Below, one piece after another: positions 1-12,500 of a stretch of DNA of 64,000 nucleotides (its first letter is position 1; each line of letters starts with the position of its first letter). The notes beneath the pieces were generated by a model, which saw only the letters and a list, made by a program, of their open reading frames with translations, ran no database searches and was not told where the DNA came from. The stretch is taken from positions 48,882-112,881 of the forward strand of contig NZ_JMCB01000026.1 in NCBI RefSeq assembly GCF_000737315.1, in the 5' to 3' direction. This DNA comes from Hyalangium minutum. Lineage in GTDB: Bacteria > Myxococcota > Myxococcia > Myxococcales > Myxococcaceae. A program made the position numbers and the translations under genes.

Positions 1-205
1 CCAGGCCCTTGGTCAACGTCTGTCCGAGCTGCAGCCGCGTCGGGGACTTGTTGGCCGCCAGGGCCTGGACGTCGGTGTTCGCGGCGATGAAGTCGACCCG
101 TTCCAGCTTGGCCAGGATCATCGTGTTGACCGCGTTGCACCCCGCCCCGCCCACGCCGACCACACGGATCTTCGCGGCCTGCTTGTTCTGCTCGAACTGG
201 TCCAT
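1..205 (-). CDS. ftsZ: Cell division protein FtsZ, 5' part (runs off window start)
   Basis: Not in the ORF track. Manual translation from ATG at 205 gives [68 protein letters not shown], with the FtsZ GVGGxG, NTD and QLG motifs. Confidence 0.97.
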   Translation of the reverse strand, partial: MDQFEQNKQAAKIRVVGVGGAGCNAVNTMILAKLERVDFIAANTDVQALAANKSPTRLQLGQTLTKGL

Positions 206-547
206 GGTGATCCTTTCAGCGGAAGTCGCGCACCTTTTGATCGCGAGCCTCCCAGGTCACCCATCATCAGCAAGTCCGGATCTTTGGCAAGTATTCAGCT
301 ACCGGCCTGTAGCGCGCTGTCACATCACCGAGTGGTGACAGGCACTTACGCGGCGCACTGAACATCCGCACCGTATGCAATTCCGATCGCGGGTGGATCT
401 TGACTCGCGATCAGGTCCGCGTCCCACGCGGCGGCCTGGCATGACCGCCCAGACGGTCGCGCTCCGGAGATCTACCCCGAAGCGCGGACCGTCGGACGGT
501 CACAGGCGGGAGTCTGCATCGGGGGTCTGACATGCCCCCCGGCAGGC

Positions 548-3500
548 TCAAGGCTGCTCGATCTCGATCACCTTGGGCTTCACCTTGACGATGGTGAAGT
601 CGACGCGGCGGTTCTGCTCGCGGCCCTTGTTGGTCTTGTTGGAGGCAATGGGCTTGGCCTCGCCGTAGCCCACGGCCTCGAGCCGGCTGGCCTCGACGCC
701 CTCCAGCACGAGCCGGTCCCGGACGGCTTCGGCGCGGTTGCGGGAGAGGACCAGGTTGGCGCCGTCCTCGCCCTTGTCATCGGTGTGGCCCTCCACGCGG
801 ACCAGCTCGATCTGCGGGTTGGCCTTGAGCACCTGAGACACCTGGCGCAGCAGGGGGAAGGACTTGGGGAGGATGGTGTTCTTGTTGTTGAGGAAGAAGA
901 TCTTATCGAGGATGACGACCTTCTCGCCCGCCACGAGCACCTTCACCTTGCCCTTGTCCGGGCAGCCGTCCTCGTCCTTCACGCCGTTGATGGTCTCCGG
1001 CTCCGTGGGGCACTTGTCGTCCGCGTCCGCGACGCCGTCGTGGTCATTGTCCGGGTCCGGGCAGCCGTCCTCGTCCTGGAACCCGTCCTTGTCCTCGGCG
1101 GCCTGAGGGCAGCGATCCTTGTCGTCCGTGATTCCATCGCCATCCGTGTCGGCGGGAGGCAGCACGTCCGGGCAGCCATCCTCGTCCTGGAAGCCGTTGA
1201 GCGTCTCCGGCTCGTTGGGGCACTTGTCGGCCGTGTCCAGGATGCCGTCGTTGTCGTTGTCCGGGTCCGCGCAGCCGTCCTCGTCCTGGAAGCCATCCAT
1301 GTCCTCGGGGCCGAGGGCGCAGACGGGCTTGGACGGGGGGATGACCTCTACCTTGGTCTTGATGTTGGGGTCAGCCACCACCTCGGGCGGGGGCACGGGC
1401 TTGGCCTCCACCTTCGGCGCGGGCTGCTCAGAGCGGGAGGTGGGAGCCACGTAGGCCAGGCCCGCGAACACGCGGATGCCCGGCGTGCCGTAGCCCTGCG
1501 AGAGGCCGGGGCCACCGCCCAGGTGCGCGGCGAGCGAGTCCGTGACGCGGTACTTCACCGTGGCCAACAGCTCCAGCGGCTTCTCCTCGCTGCCCTTCTG
1601 CCCCAGGCCCATCGCGCCCACCAGGGTGGCGCCCACGGAGAGCCCGCGGCCGCTCACCTGGAAGGGAACCTCGCCGCCCAGGCCGTAGGTCAGCTCGTTG
1701 CCGACGACCAGCCCGCGCAGTTCCTGCTCGGAGCGGAGGTTCATGCCCACGTTGGCCAGCACGCGAATGCCCGTGCTGCTGTTCCACTCGCCGAGCAGCT
1801 TCGGGCGGACGGAGAAGCCGCCGCCGAGGAAGTTCTCGCCCCCCGTGGGCAGGTGCAGAGGCAGTGCCGCACCCAGGGAGAGCCCGCCTGCGGAGAACAG
1901 GTTCGCCTTCGGCACCAGGCGCAGGTCGCCCAGGCCCGTCTTGCCCGCGCCCTCGCTGAAGTCCGGCACGCCTTCAGGGGCGGACTCGGAGCTCTGCGAG
2001 GTGATGGGGATGGCCAGGCCCAGCTCGAAGCGATCGAGGAAGGCGATGGCTGCCATCACGTCCACCGTGAGCTGGCTCGACACCAGCTTGTAGACGACGG
2101 CGTCCTTGCGCGGATCCAGAACGGACAGCGGATCCGTGGCGTAGTTCACTGACAGGCCCGCGTTCCAGCCCAGGTGCTTGTTCACCTTCGGGCTGTGCAG
2201 GCCCAGCACGTCGTAGGCGCCCGGCCCCGGCTTGAACTGCTGCACGTCGATCTTCGTGGACGCGGTGCTGGAGGTTGTCTGCGCGTGCGCAGGAGCCGTC
2301 AGGAAGACGGCCAGCACGCCCAGCAGCCCCCAGGCCCCCGCGGCCGAGGCCTTCACCGCCGCCCGGCGACGCCGCAGCAGCGGCAGGCCGAGCAGCAGCA
2401 GCAGCGGCACGAAGCTGGTGCCCGTCGAGGCGCAACCGCCGCCCACGAACAGGAAGTCGTCGGTGTCATCGAGCGGGTTGGTTTTGCCCTCAACCTCCTC
2501 ACCATCGGTCGCACCACCGCCGTCGGTGTCGGGGTTGCAAGGATCGGTCTCGTCCGCATCCCTGTGGCCGTCGTGGTTCTTATCCTCGTCGCCGTCCTTG
2601 AGGCCGTCGTCGTCGGAATCCTCGTCGAGCGGAGAAGTACAGGTCCCATTCTCGATCTCGTCGGGGATGCCGTCGCCGTCGGTGTCGTTACCCTGGACGA
2701 CCCGGACGGTCACCGTGGCGGTATCCGTGCCGCCATTGCCATCCGAGATCGTGTACTCGAAGGTCACGTCGCCCGTGAAACCCTCGGCCGGAGTGAACTG
2801 CACCGCCGAGCCATCCGTGGCCACCTTCACTGTGCCGCTCGGGGCCGACGAGGTCACCGCCGTCACCGTCAGCGTCTCGCCCGTATCCGGAGCGATCGAG
2901 TCGTTGGCCAGCACGTCCAGCCGGTTGCCCGTCGAGTTGAAGGGCACCGTGAACATGTCATCCAGGGCGACGGGATCATCGTTGACCGGGGTCACCGTGA
3001 CAGTGACCGTGGCCGTGTCCGTGCCGCCGTTGCCATCATCGATCGTGTACGTGAACGTCACGTCGCCGTTGAAGTTAGGCGTCGGCGTGAAGGTCACCAC
3101 GCCGTTGTCCAGCTTCACCGTGCCGCCCGAGGTCGGCTGCGTCACCGACGTCACCGTCAGCGTCTCGCCCGTGTCCGGCGCGAACGTGTCGTTGTCGAGC
3201 ACGGCCAGCACGTTGTCCACGCTGTCCTCGGCCACCGAGAACGTGTCGTCCGCCGCGTCCGGCGGGTTGTTGGGCGGCAGGCCCACGCGCACCCTCACCG
3301 AGGCCGTGTCCGTCCCGCCGTTGCCATCCGAGATGGTGTAGTCGAACGTCGTGATCCCGCTGAAGCCTGCGGCCGGCGTGAAGCTCACCACGCCGCCCGT
3401 CAGCGTCACCGTGCCGTTGGCCGGCTGGGTCACCGCCGTCACCGTCAGCGTCTCGCCCGTGTCCGGCGCGAACGTGTCGTTGGCCAGCACGTCCAGCACC

Positions 3501-6500
3501 GTGGCGCCACTGTCCGCGGCCACGTTGAAGACGTCATCCACCGCATCCGGGTTGTCGTTGACTGGCGTGACCGTGACCGCGACGGCGGCCGTGTCGTTGC
3601 CACCGTTGCCGTCCGAGATGGAGTAGTCGAACGTCACCGTGCCGTTGAAGTTGGCCGTCGGCGTGAAGGTCACCACGCCGCCCGTCAGCGTCACCGTGCC
3701 GCCCGTGGCCGGCTGGGTCACCGCCGTCACCGTCAGCGTCTCCCCCGCATCCGGGAACGCCGTGTCGTTGGCCAGCACGTCCAGCACGTTGTCCGTGCTG
3801 TCCTCGGCCACCGAGAACGTGTCGTTCACCGCATCCGGCGGGTTGTTGGGTGCCATGCCCACGCGCACCGCGACGGTGGCGGTGTCAGTGCCGCCATTGC
3901 CGTCCGAGAGGGTGTACGTGAACGTCGTGGTCCCCACGAAGCCCGCGGCCGGCGTGAAGCTCACCACTCCACCGGAGAGCGTCACCGTGCCGCTTGGGGC
4001 CGGCTGAGTCACCGCCGTCACCGTCAGCGTCTCGCCCACGTCCGGCGCGAACGTGTCGTTGGCCAGCACATCCAGCACCGTGGCACCACTGTCTTGCGCC
4101 ACGGAGAAGGAGTCGTTCACCGCGTCGGGCGGATCATTGACCGGGGTCACCGTGACAGTGACCGTGGCCGTGTCCGTGCCGTTGTTGCCGTCATTCACCG
4201 TGTACGTGAACGTCGTGGTGCCGTTGAAGTTGGCCGTCGGCGTGAAGAGCACCGTGCCGGTGTTGGTCAGCGTCACCGAGCCACCGGTGGCCGGCTGAGT
4301 CACCGCCGTCACCGCGAGCGTCTCCCCCACATCCGGCGTGGTCGTGTCGTTGGCCAACACGTCCAGCGGGTTGTCCGTGCTGTCCTCGGCCACCGAGAAC
4401 GTGTCGTTGCGAGCATCCGGCGGGTTGTTCGTCTCCGTGACGACGACCGTGACGGTGGCCGTGGCCGTACCGCCGTTGCCGTCCTCGATCGTGTACGAGA
4501 AGGACACCGTCCCGGCGAAGCCCGTCGTCGGCTGGAAGCGGACCAAGCCACCGCTCAGCGACACCGAGCCACCCGTGGCCGGCTGCGTCACCGCCGTCAC
4601 CGTCAGCGTCTCGCCCACGTCCGGCTCCGTGCTGTCGTTGGCCAGCACATTGAGCACCGTGGCCGGGCTGTTGCGGCTCACCGTGAAGCTGTCGTCCCGG
4701 GCCGTGGGCGGGTTGTTCGAACCGGCCACCCTCACCGTGACGGTCGCCGTGTCCGTGCCGCCGTTGCCGTCCGAGATGGTGTACGTGAACGTCGTGGTCC
4801 CGTTGAAGCCCGCGGCCGGCGTGAAGCTCACCACGCCGCCCGTCAGCGTCACCGTACCGTTGGCCGGCTGAGTCACCGCCGTCACCGTCAGCGTCTCGCC
4901 CACGTCCGGCGCAATCCGGTCGTTGGCGAGCACATCCAGCACGCGGGGCGGGCTGTTCACCACCACCTCGAAGCTGTCATCCACCGCATCCGGGTTGTCG
5001 TTGACCGGCGTGACGGTGACCGTGACCCGCGCGGAGTCCGTACCGTTGTTGCCATCCGAGAGGGTGTACGTGAACGTCGTGGTGCCGTTGAAGTTGGGCG
5101 CCGGCGTGAAGCTCACCACGCCGCCCGTCAGCGTCACCGTGCCGTGGGCCGGCTGGGACACCGCCGTCACCGTCAGCGTCTCGCCCGTGTCCGGCGCGAA
5201 CGTGTCGTTGGCCAGCACGTCGAACGTCGTGGCGCCGCTGTCCTCGTCCACCGTGAAGCTGTCCTCCACGGCATCCGGCGGGTTGTTCGTGCCGAACACC
5301 GACACGGTCACCGTGGCCGTGTCCGTGCCGCCGTTGCCATCCGAGAGGGTGTACGTGAACGTCGTGACGCCGCTGTAGCCAGGCGTCGGCGTGAAGCGCA
5401 CCACCCCGTCGATCAGCGTCACCGAGCCGTTGGCCGACTGGGTGATCTGCGTGATGGTCAGCGTCTCGGGCGCATCCGGCAGGTACGTGTCGTTGAGCAG
5501 CACGTCCAGCGGCGTGTTCGAGCTGTCCACCGCCACCATGAAGCTGTCGTTGACGGCATCCGGCGGATCGTTCGCCGGGTCTACGGTCATCGTCACCGTC
5601 GCCGAGTCCGTGCCACCGTGGCCATCGGAGATCGTATACGTGAACGTCGTGGTGCCGAAGAAGTTGGGCGCCGGAGCGAAGCGCACGAGCCCCCCGCTGA
5701 GCGTCACCGTGCCGTTGGCCGGCTGAGTCACCGCCGTCACCGTCAGCGTCTCACCCGTGTCGGGCAACGCCGTGTCGTTGCCCAGCACGTTCACCACCGT
5801 GAGCGGATAGTCCTCGGTCGTCGAGAAGCTGTCGTCGTTCGCGGTGGGCGGATCGTTGACCGGCGTCACCGTCACCGTGACGACCGCCGTGTCGCTGGCA
5901 GTGCCGCCGTCGGAGAGCGTGTACGTGAACGTCACCGTGCCGTCGAAGTTGGACAGCGGCGTGAACCGCACCACTCCGCCCGACAGCGTCACCGTGCCGC
6001 TGGACGGCTGTGTCACCGCGGTGATGACCGGCGTGTCGCACTGGTCGTTGGCCGTCACGTTCAGCGCTGTGGAGCCGCTGTCCTCGGCCACCGTGAAGGT
6101 GTCATCCACGGCGTCGCAGTCGGGCACCGCCGTCACGGTCACGGTCACGATGGCCGTGTCCGTGCCGCCGTTGCCATCCGAGATGGCGTAGCTGAACGTC
6201 ACCGTGCCGTTGTAGTTGGGCGCGGGCGTGAAGCTGACGTTGCTCGACGTGAACGTCACCGAGCCACCCGTGGCCGGCTGAGTCACCGCCGTGATGGTCA
6301 GCGTCTCGCCCGTGTCCGGAGCCGTCGTATCGTTGGCCAGCACGTCCAGCACCGTGGCGCCGCTGTCCTCGGCCACTGTGTAGTTGTCGTCGTTGGCCAC
6401 CGGCGGGCGGTTCGCCCCGGAGACCGTCACCGTCACCGTGGCCGTGTCCGTGCCGCCGTTGCCGTCGGAGATCGTGTACGTGAACGTCGTGGTGCCCGAG

Positions 6501-9500
6501 AAGCCTGCGGCCGGAGTGAAGCTCACGCCCGTGGCCGTGAAGGTCACCGTGCCATTGGCCGGCTGAGTCACCGCGGTGATGGTCAGCGTCTCATTCGTGT
6601 CCGGCGCGATCGTGTCGTTGAACAGCACGTCCAGCACGCGGGCGGAGCTGTTCACCGCCACCGTGAAGTTGTCGTCGCGGGCATCCGGGTTGTCGTTCAC
6701 CGGCGTCACCGTGACGGTCACCGTGGCCGTGTCCGTGCCGCCGTTGCCGTCCGAGATCGTATACGTGAACGTCGTGGTGCCGTTGAAGTTGGGTGCCGGC
6801 GTGAAGCTGACGCTGGTGGTCGTGTTGGCCACCGCCGTGCCGCCCACCGCCGGCTGGGTCACCGCCGTCACCGTCAGCGTCTCGCCCGTGTCCGGCGCGA
6901 ACGTGTCGTTGGCCAGCACGTTGACCGTCGTGGCCAGGCTGTCCTCGGCCACCGTGAGCACGTCATCCACGGCATCCGGAGGATCGTTGACCGGCGTCAC
7001 CGTCACCGTGACGGTGGCCGTATCCGTGCCGCCGTTGCCGTCGGACACCGTGTACGTGAACATCACCGTGCCATTGAAGTTGGGCGCCGGTGTGAAGCGA
7101 ACCACGCCGCCCGACAACGTCACCGCGCCGCCCGTGGCCGGCTGGGTCACCGCCGTCACCGTCAGCGTCTCACCCGTGTCCGGGCCAAGCGTGTCGTTGG
7201 CCAGCACGCTCAGCACCGCGGGTAGGCTGTCCTCGGCCACCGAGAAGGTGTCGTCGTTGGCCTCGGGCGGATCGTTCACCGGCGTCACCGTCACCGTGAC
7301 GGTCGCCGTGGCCGTACCGCCGTTGCCATCCGAGACGGTGTACGTGAACGAGACGGTGCCGTTGAAGTTGGCCGCAGGCGTGAACGTCACCCCGGTGGCC
7401 GTGAAGGTCACCGAGCCACTGGCCGGCGGAGTCACCGCCGTCACCGACAGGGTCTCTCCGATGTCCGGCGCCGTGGTGTCGTTGGCCAGCACGTTGAAGG
7501 TCGAGGGACCGCTGTCCTCGGCCACCGTGTAGCTGTCGTCGTTGGCCACCGGCGGGCGGTTGTTGCTGCCCACCAGGACCGTCACCGTGGCCGTTGCCGT
7601 GCCGCCGTTGCCATCCGAGATCCGGTACGTGAACGTCGTCACACCCACGAAGCCCGCAGACGGAGTGAAGGTGACGTTGGCTCCCGTAAAGCTCACCGTG
7701 CCGTTGGCCGGCTGAGTCACCGCGATGATGGTCAGCGTCTCGCCCACGTCCGGCACGATCGTGTCGTTGGCCAGCACGTTGATCACCGTGGGGCCGCTGT
7801 CCGCGGGCACCTGGGAGGTGTCGTTGTTGGCCGTGGGGTTGTCGTTCACCGGCGTCACGTTCACCGTCACCGTGGCCGTGTCGTTGCCCCCGTTGCCGTC
7901 GTTGATGCTGTAGGTGAACGAGGTGGTCCCGAAGAAGTTGGCCGCGGGCGTGAACGTCACCCCGGTGGCCGTGAAGGTCACCGAGCCGTTGGCCGGCTGC
8001 GTCACCGCCGTGATGGTCAGCGTCTCGTTGTCGTCCGGCAGCGACGAGTCGTTGAAGAGCACGTCCATCGCCGTGGCGCCGCTGTCCTCGGTCACCGTGA
8101 AGGTGTCGTCGCTGGCCGTCGGGTCGTCGTTCGACGGCGTCACCGTGACGGTGACCGTCGCAGAGTCCGTGCCGCCGTTGCCGTCCGAGATCCGGTACGT
8201 GAACGAGGTGGTGCCGTTGAAGTTCGCGTCCGGGGTGAAGTTCAGGGTCGCGCCCGAGAAGCTCACCGAGCCACCGGCCGGCTGCGTCGCCGAGCTGATG
8301 GTCAGCGTCTCACCCGTGTCTGGCGCGATCGTGTCGTTGGCCAGCACATTGAGCACCGTGGAGCCGCTGTCCTCGGCCACCGTGAAGCTGTCGTCGTTGG
8401 CGTCCGGCGGGTCGTTCACCGGCGTCACCGTCACCAGCACTTGGGCCGTGTCCGTGGAGGTGCCGTCGGACACCGTGTACGAGAACGTCGTGGTGCCGTT
8501 GAAGTTGGCCGTCGGTGTGAACTCGACCACGTTGCCCGTGAGGGTCACCGTGCCGTTGGCCGGCTGCGTCACCGCCGTGATGGTCAGCGTCTCGCCCACA
8601 TCCGGGGCCGTGGTGTCGTTGGCCAGCACGTCCAGGGTCGTGGCCACGATGTCCTCGGGCACCGTGAAGGTGTCGTCGCTGGCCGTGGGAGGATCGTTGA
8701 CCGGCGTCACCGTCACCGTGACGGTCGCCGTATCCGTGGTGGTGCCGTCGGACACCGTGTACGAGAACGTCGAGGTCCCGTTGAAGCCCGGCGTCGGCGT
8801 GAAGCTCACCACGCCGCCCGCCAGCGTCACCGTGCCACCCACCACCGGCTGGGTCACCGCCGTCACCGAGAGCGTCTCGCCCGTGTCCGGCGCCGTGGTG
8901 TCGTTGGCCAGCACGTCGAGCGGAGTGGCCGGGCTGCTCTCAGCCACCACGAAGGTGTCGTCCACCGCGTCCGGAGGATCGTTGACCGGCGTCACCGTCA
9001 CCGTGACGGTCGCCGTATCCGTGCCGCCGTTGCCGTCGGACACCGTGTACGTGAACGTCGTGGTGCCATTGAAGTTGGGCGCGGGCGTGAAGCTGACGTT
9101 GAACTGCGTCATCGTCACCGTGCCGCCCGTGGGCTGGGTGACGGCGGTGATGGTCAGCGTCTCGGTGGTCTCCGGCCCCGTCGAGTCGTTGGCCAGCACG
9201 TTGAACACCGTGGAGGCGCTGTCCTCGCCCACCGTGAAGCTGTCATCCACGGCATCCGGCGGATCGTTCACCGGCGTCACGTTCACCGTCACCGAGGCCG
9301 TGTCCGTGCCGCCCCGGCCGTCCGAGATGGTGTACGAGAACGTCACCACGCCGTTGAAGTTCGGGCCCGGCGTAAACGTCACGCCCGTGGCCGTGAAGGT
9401 CACCGTGCCGTTGGCCGGCTGGGTCACCGCTGTCACCGACAGGGTCTCGCCCACGTCCGGCGCGAACGTGTCGTTGGCCAGCACGTCCAACACCGTGGGA

Positions 9501-12500
9501 CCGCTGTCCTCGTCCACCGTGAAGCTGTCGTCCACCGCATCCGGCGGATCGTTCTCGTCGTTGACGATGACAGTCACCGTGGCCGTGGCCGTCCCGCCGT
9601 TGCCATCCGAGATGGTGTACGTGAACGTCGTGGTCCCCACGAAAGCGTTGTTCGGGGTGAAGGTCACGCTGGAGCCGGTAAAGGACACCGAGCCGCCCGT
9701 GGCGGGCTGAGTCACCGTGGTGATGGTGAGCGTCTCGCCCGTGTCGGGCACTGCCGTGTCGTTGGCCAGCACGTTCAGCGCCGTGGGGCCGCTGTTCTGG
9801 CCCACCGTGAAGCTGTCGTTGTTGGCCGTGGGCGGATCGTTCACCGGCGTCACCGTCACCGTCACCGTGGCCGTGTCGCTGCCACCGTTGCCGTCCGAGA
9901 GGGTGTACGTGAACGTCGTGGTGCCGTTGAAGTTGGCCGTCGGCGTGAAGCTGACGTTGGAGGCCGTGTGGGTCACCGTGCCGCCCGCGGGCTGGGTGAC
10001 GGAGGTGATGGTCAGCGTCTCGCCCACGTCCGGGGCGAACGTGTCGTTGGCCAGCACGTTGAACGTCGTGGCCGCGCTGTCCTCGGCCACCGTGTAGCTG
10101 TCGTTCACCGCGTCCGGCGGGTCATTGACCGGCGTCACCGTCACCGTGACGGTCGCCGTGGCCGTGCCGCCGTTGCCGTCCGAGATCCGATACGTGAACG
10201 AGGTGGTGCCGTTGAAGTTGGCCGCCGGCGTGAAGCTGACGTTGGAGGCCGTGAAGGTCACCGTGCCGTTGGCCGGCTGAGTCACCGAGGTGATGGTCAG
10301 CGTCTCGCCCGTGTCCGGCGCGATCGAGTCGTTGGCCAGCACGTTGAAGGCCGTGGCCGTGCTGTCCTCGGCCACCGTGAAGGTGTCGTCGGTGGCCGTC
10401 GGCGGGTCATTGACCGGCGTCACCGTCACCGTCACCGTGGCCGTGTCGTAGCTCCCGTTGCCATCCGTGATGGTGTACGTGAACGTCGTGGTACCGTTGA
10501 AGTTCGCGGCCGGCGTGAAACGAACGCCGGTGGCCGAGAAGGTCGTCGAGCCGTTGGCCGGCTGGGTCACCGCCGTCACCGTGAGCGTCTCGCCCACGTC
10601 CGGAGCAAACGTGTCGTTGGCGAGCACGTCGAACGTCGTGGCGCCGCTGTCCTCGAGCACGGTGTAGCTGTCGTTCACCGCGTCCGGCGGCTCGTTGACC
10701 GGCGTCACCGTCACCGTGACGGTCGCCGTGGCCGTGCCGCCATTGCCATCCGAAATGGTGTACGTGAACGTCGTGGTGCCGAAGTAATCGGGCGCTGGCG
10801 TGAAGGTGACGTTGCCGGCCGTGAAGGTCACCGTGCCGTTGGCCGGCTGAGTCACCGCCGTGATGGTCAGCGTCTCACCCAGGTCCCCGTTGGTCGTGTC
10901 GTTGGCGAGCACGTCGAACGTCGTGGCGCCGCTGTCCTCGGCCACCGTGAAGCTGTCGTTGGTGGCAAGCGGCGGGTCATTGACCGGCGTCACCGTCACC
11001 GTGACGGTCGCCGTCGCCGTGCCGCCGCTGCTGTCCCTCACCGTATAGGTGAACGTCGTGGTGCCGTTGAAGTTGGGCGCGGGCATGAAGCGCACCACCC
11101 CACCGATGAGCGTCACCGTGCCATTGGCCGGCTGGGTCACCGCCGTGACCGACAGGGTCTCGCCCGTGTCCGGCGCAATCGAGTCGTTGGCCAGTACATC
11201 CACCATCGTGGCGCCGCTGTCCTCGGCCACCGTCAGCGTGTCGTTGTTGGCCGTGGGCGGATCGTTCACCGGATCCACCGTCACCGTGACGGTCGCCGTG
11301 TCCGTGCCACCGTTGCCGTCGGACGCCGTGTACGTGAACGTCGTGATGCCAAAGAAGTTGGCCGCCGGGGTGAAGAAGACGGTGTTGGCGTTGAAGGTCA
11401 CCGTGCCGTTGGCCGGCTGGGTCACCGCCGTGATGGTCAGCGTCTCGCCGACGTCCGGCGCCGTGCTGTCGTTGACGAGCACGCTGAACGCATTGGCGGA
11501 GCTGTCCTCGAGCACCGCGTAGCTGTCGTCGTTGGCCGTGGGCGGATCGTTGACGGGCGTCACCGTCACCGTCACCACCGCCGTGTCGCTGCCGCCGTTG
11601 CCGTCGGACACCGTGTACGTGAACGTCATGGTGCCGTTGAAGCCCGTGGCCGGCGTGAAGCTCACCACCCCACCCGTCAGCGTCACCGTGCCGTTGGCCG
11701 GCTGGGTGACGGAGGTCACGGTGAGCGTCTCTCCGATGTCCGGCGCCGTGGTGTCGTTGGCCAGCACGTCGAACGTCGTGGGCCCGCTGCTCTCGGCCAC
11801 GGTGAAGCTGTCGTTCACCGCGTCCGGCGGATCGTTGACCGACGTGACGTTGACCGTCACGGTGGCCGTGTCGAAGAGGCCGTTGCCGTCCGTCACCGTG
11901 TACGTGAACGTCACCGTGCCGTTGAAGTTGGCCGTAGGCGTGAACCGGACATTCGAGGCGTTGAACGTCACCGAGCCGCCCGTGGCCGGCTGGGTCACTG
12001 CCGTCACCGACAGAGTCTCTCCGATGTCCGGCGCCGTGGTGTCGTTGGCCAGCACATCGAGCGTCGTGACCGGGCTGTCCTCGGGCACGGAGAAGACATC
12101 ATCCACCGCATCCGGCGGCGCGTTGCCCGGCGTCACCGTGACCGTCACCGCGGCCGTGTCCTGGCCACCATTGCCGTCCGAGATGGTGTACGTGAACGAG
12201 GTGGTGCCCACGAAGTTGGCCGCGGGCGTGAAGCTGACGTTGGCGGCGGTGAACATCACCGTGCCGTTGGCCGGCTGGGTCACCGTCGTGATGGTGAGCG
12301 ACTCGCCAAGGTCCGGCGCGAACGTATCGTTGGCCAGCACGTCAAACACCGTGGGCGGGCTGTTGCGAGCCACCGAGTAGCTGTCGTTGACGGCATCCGG
12401 CGGATCGTTCACCGGCGTCACCGTCACCGTCACGGTGGCCGTCGCCGTGCCACCGTTGCCATCCGAGATGGTGTACGTGAACGTCGTGGTGCCGAAGAAG

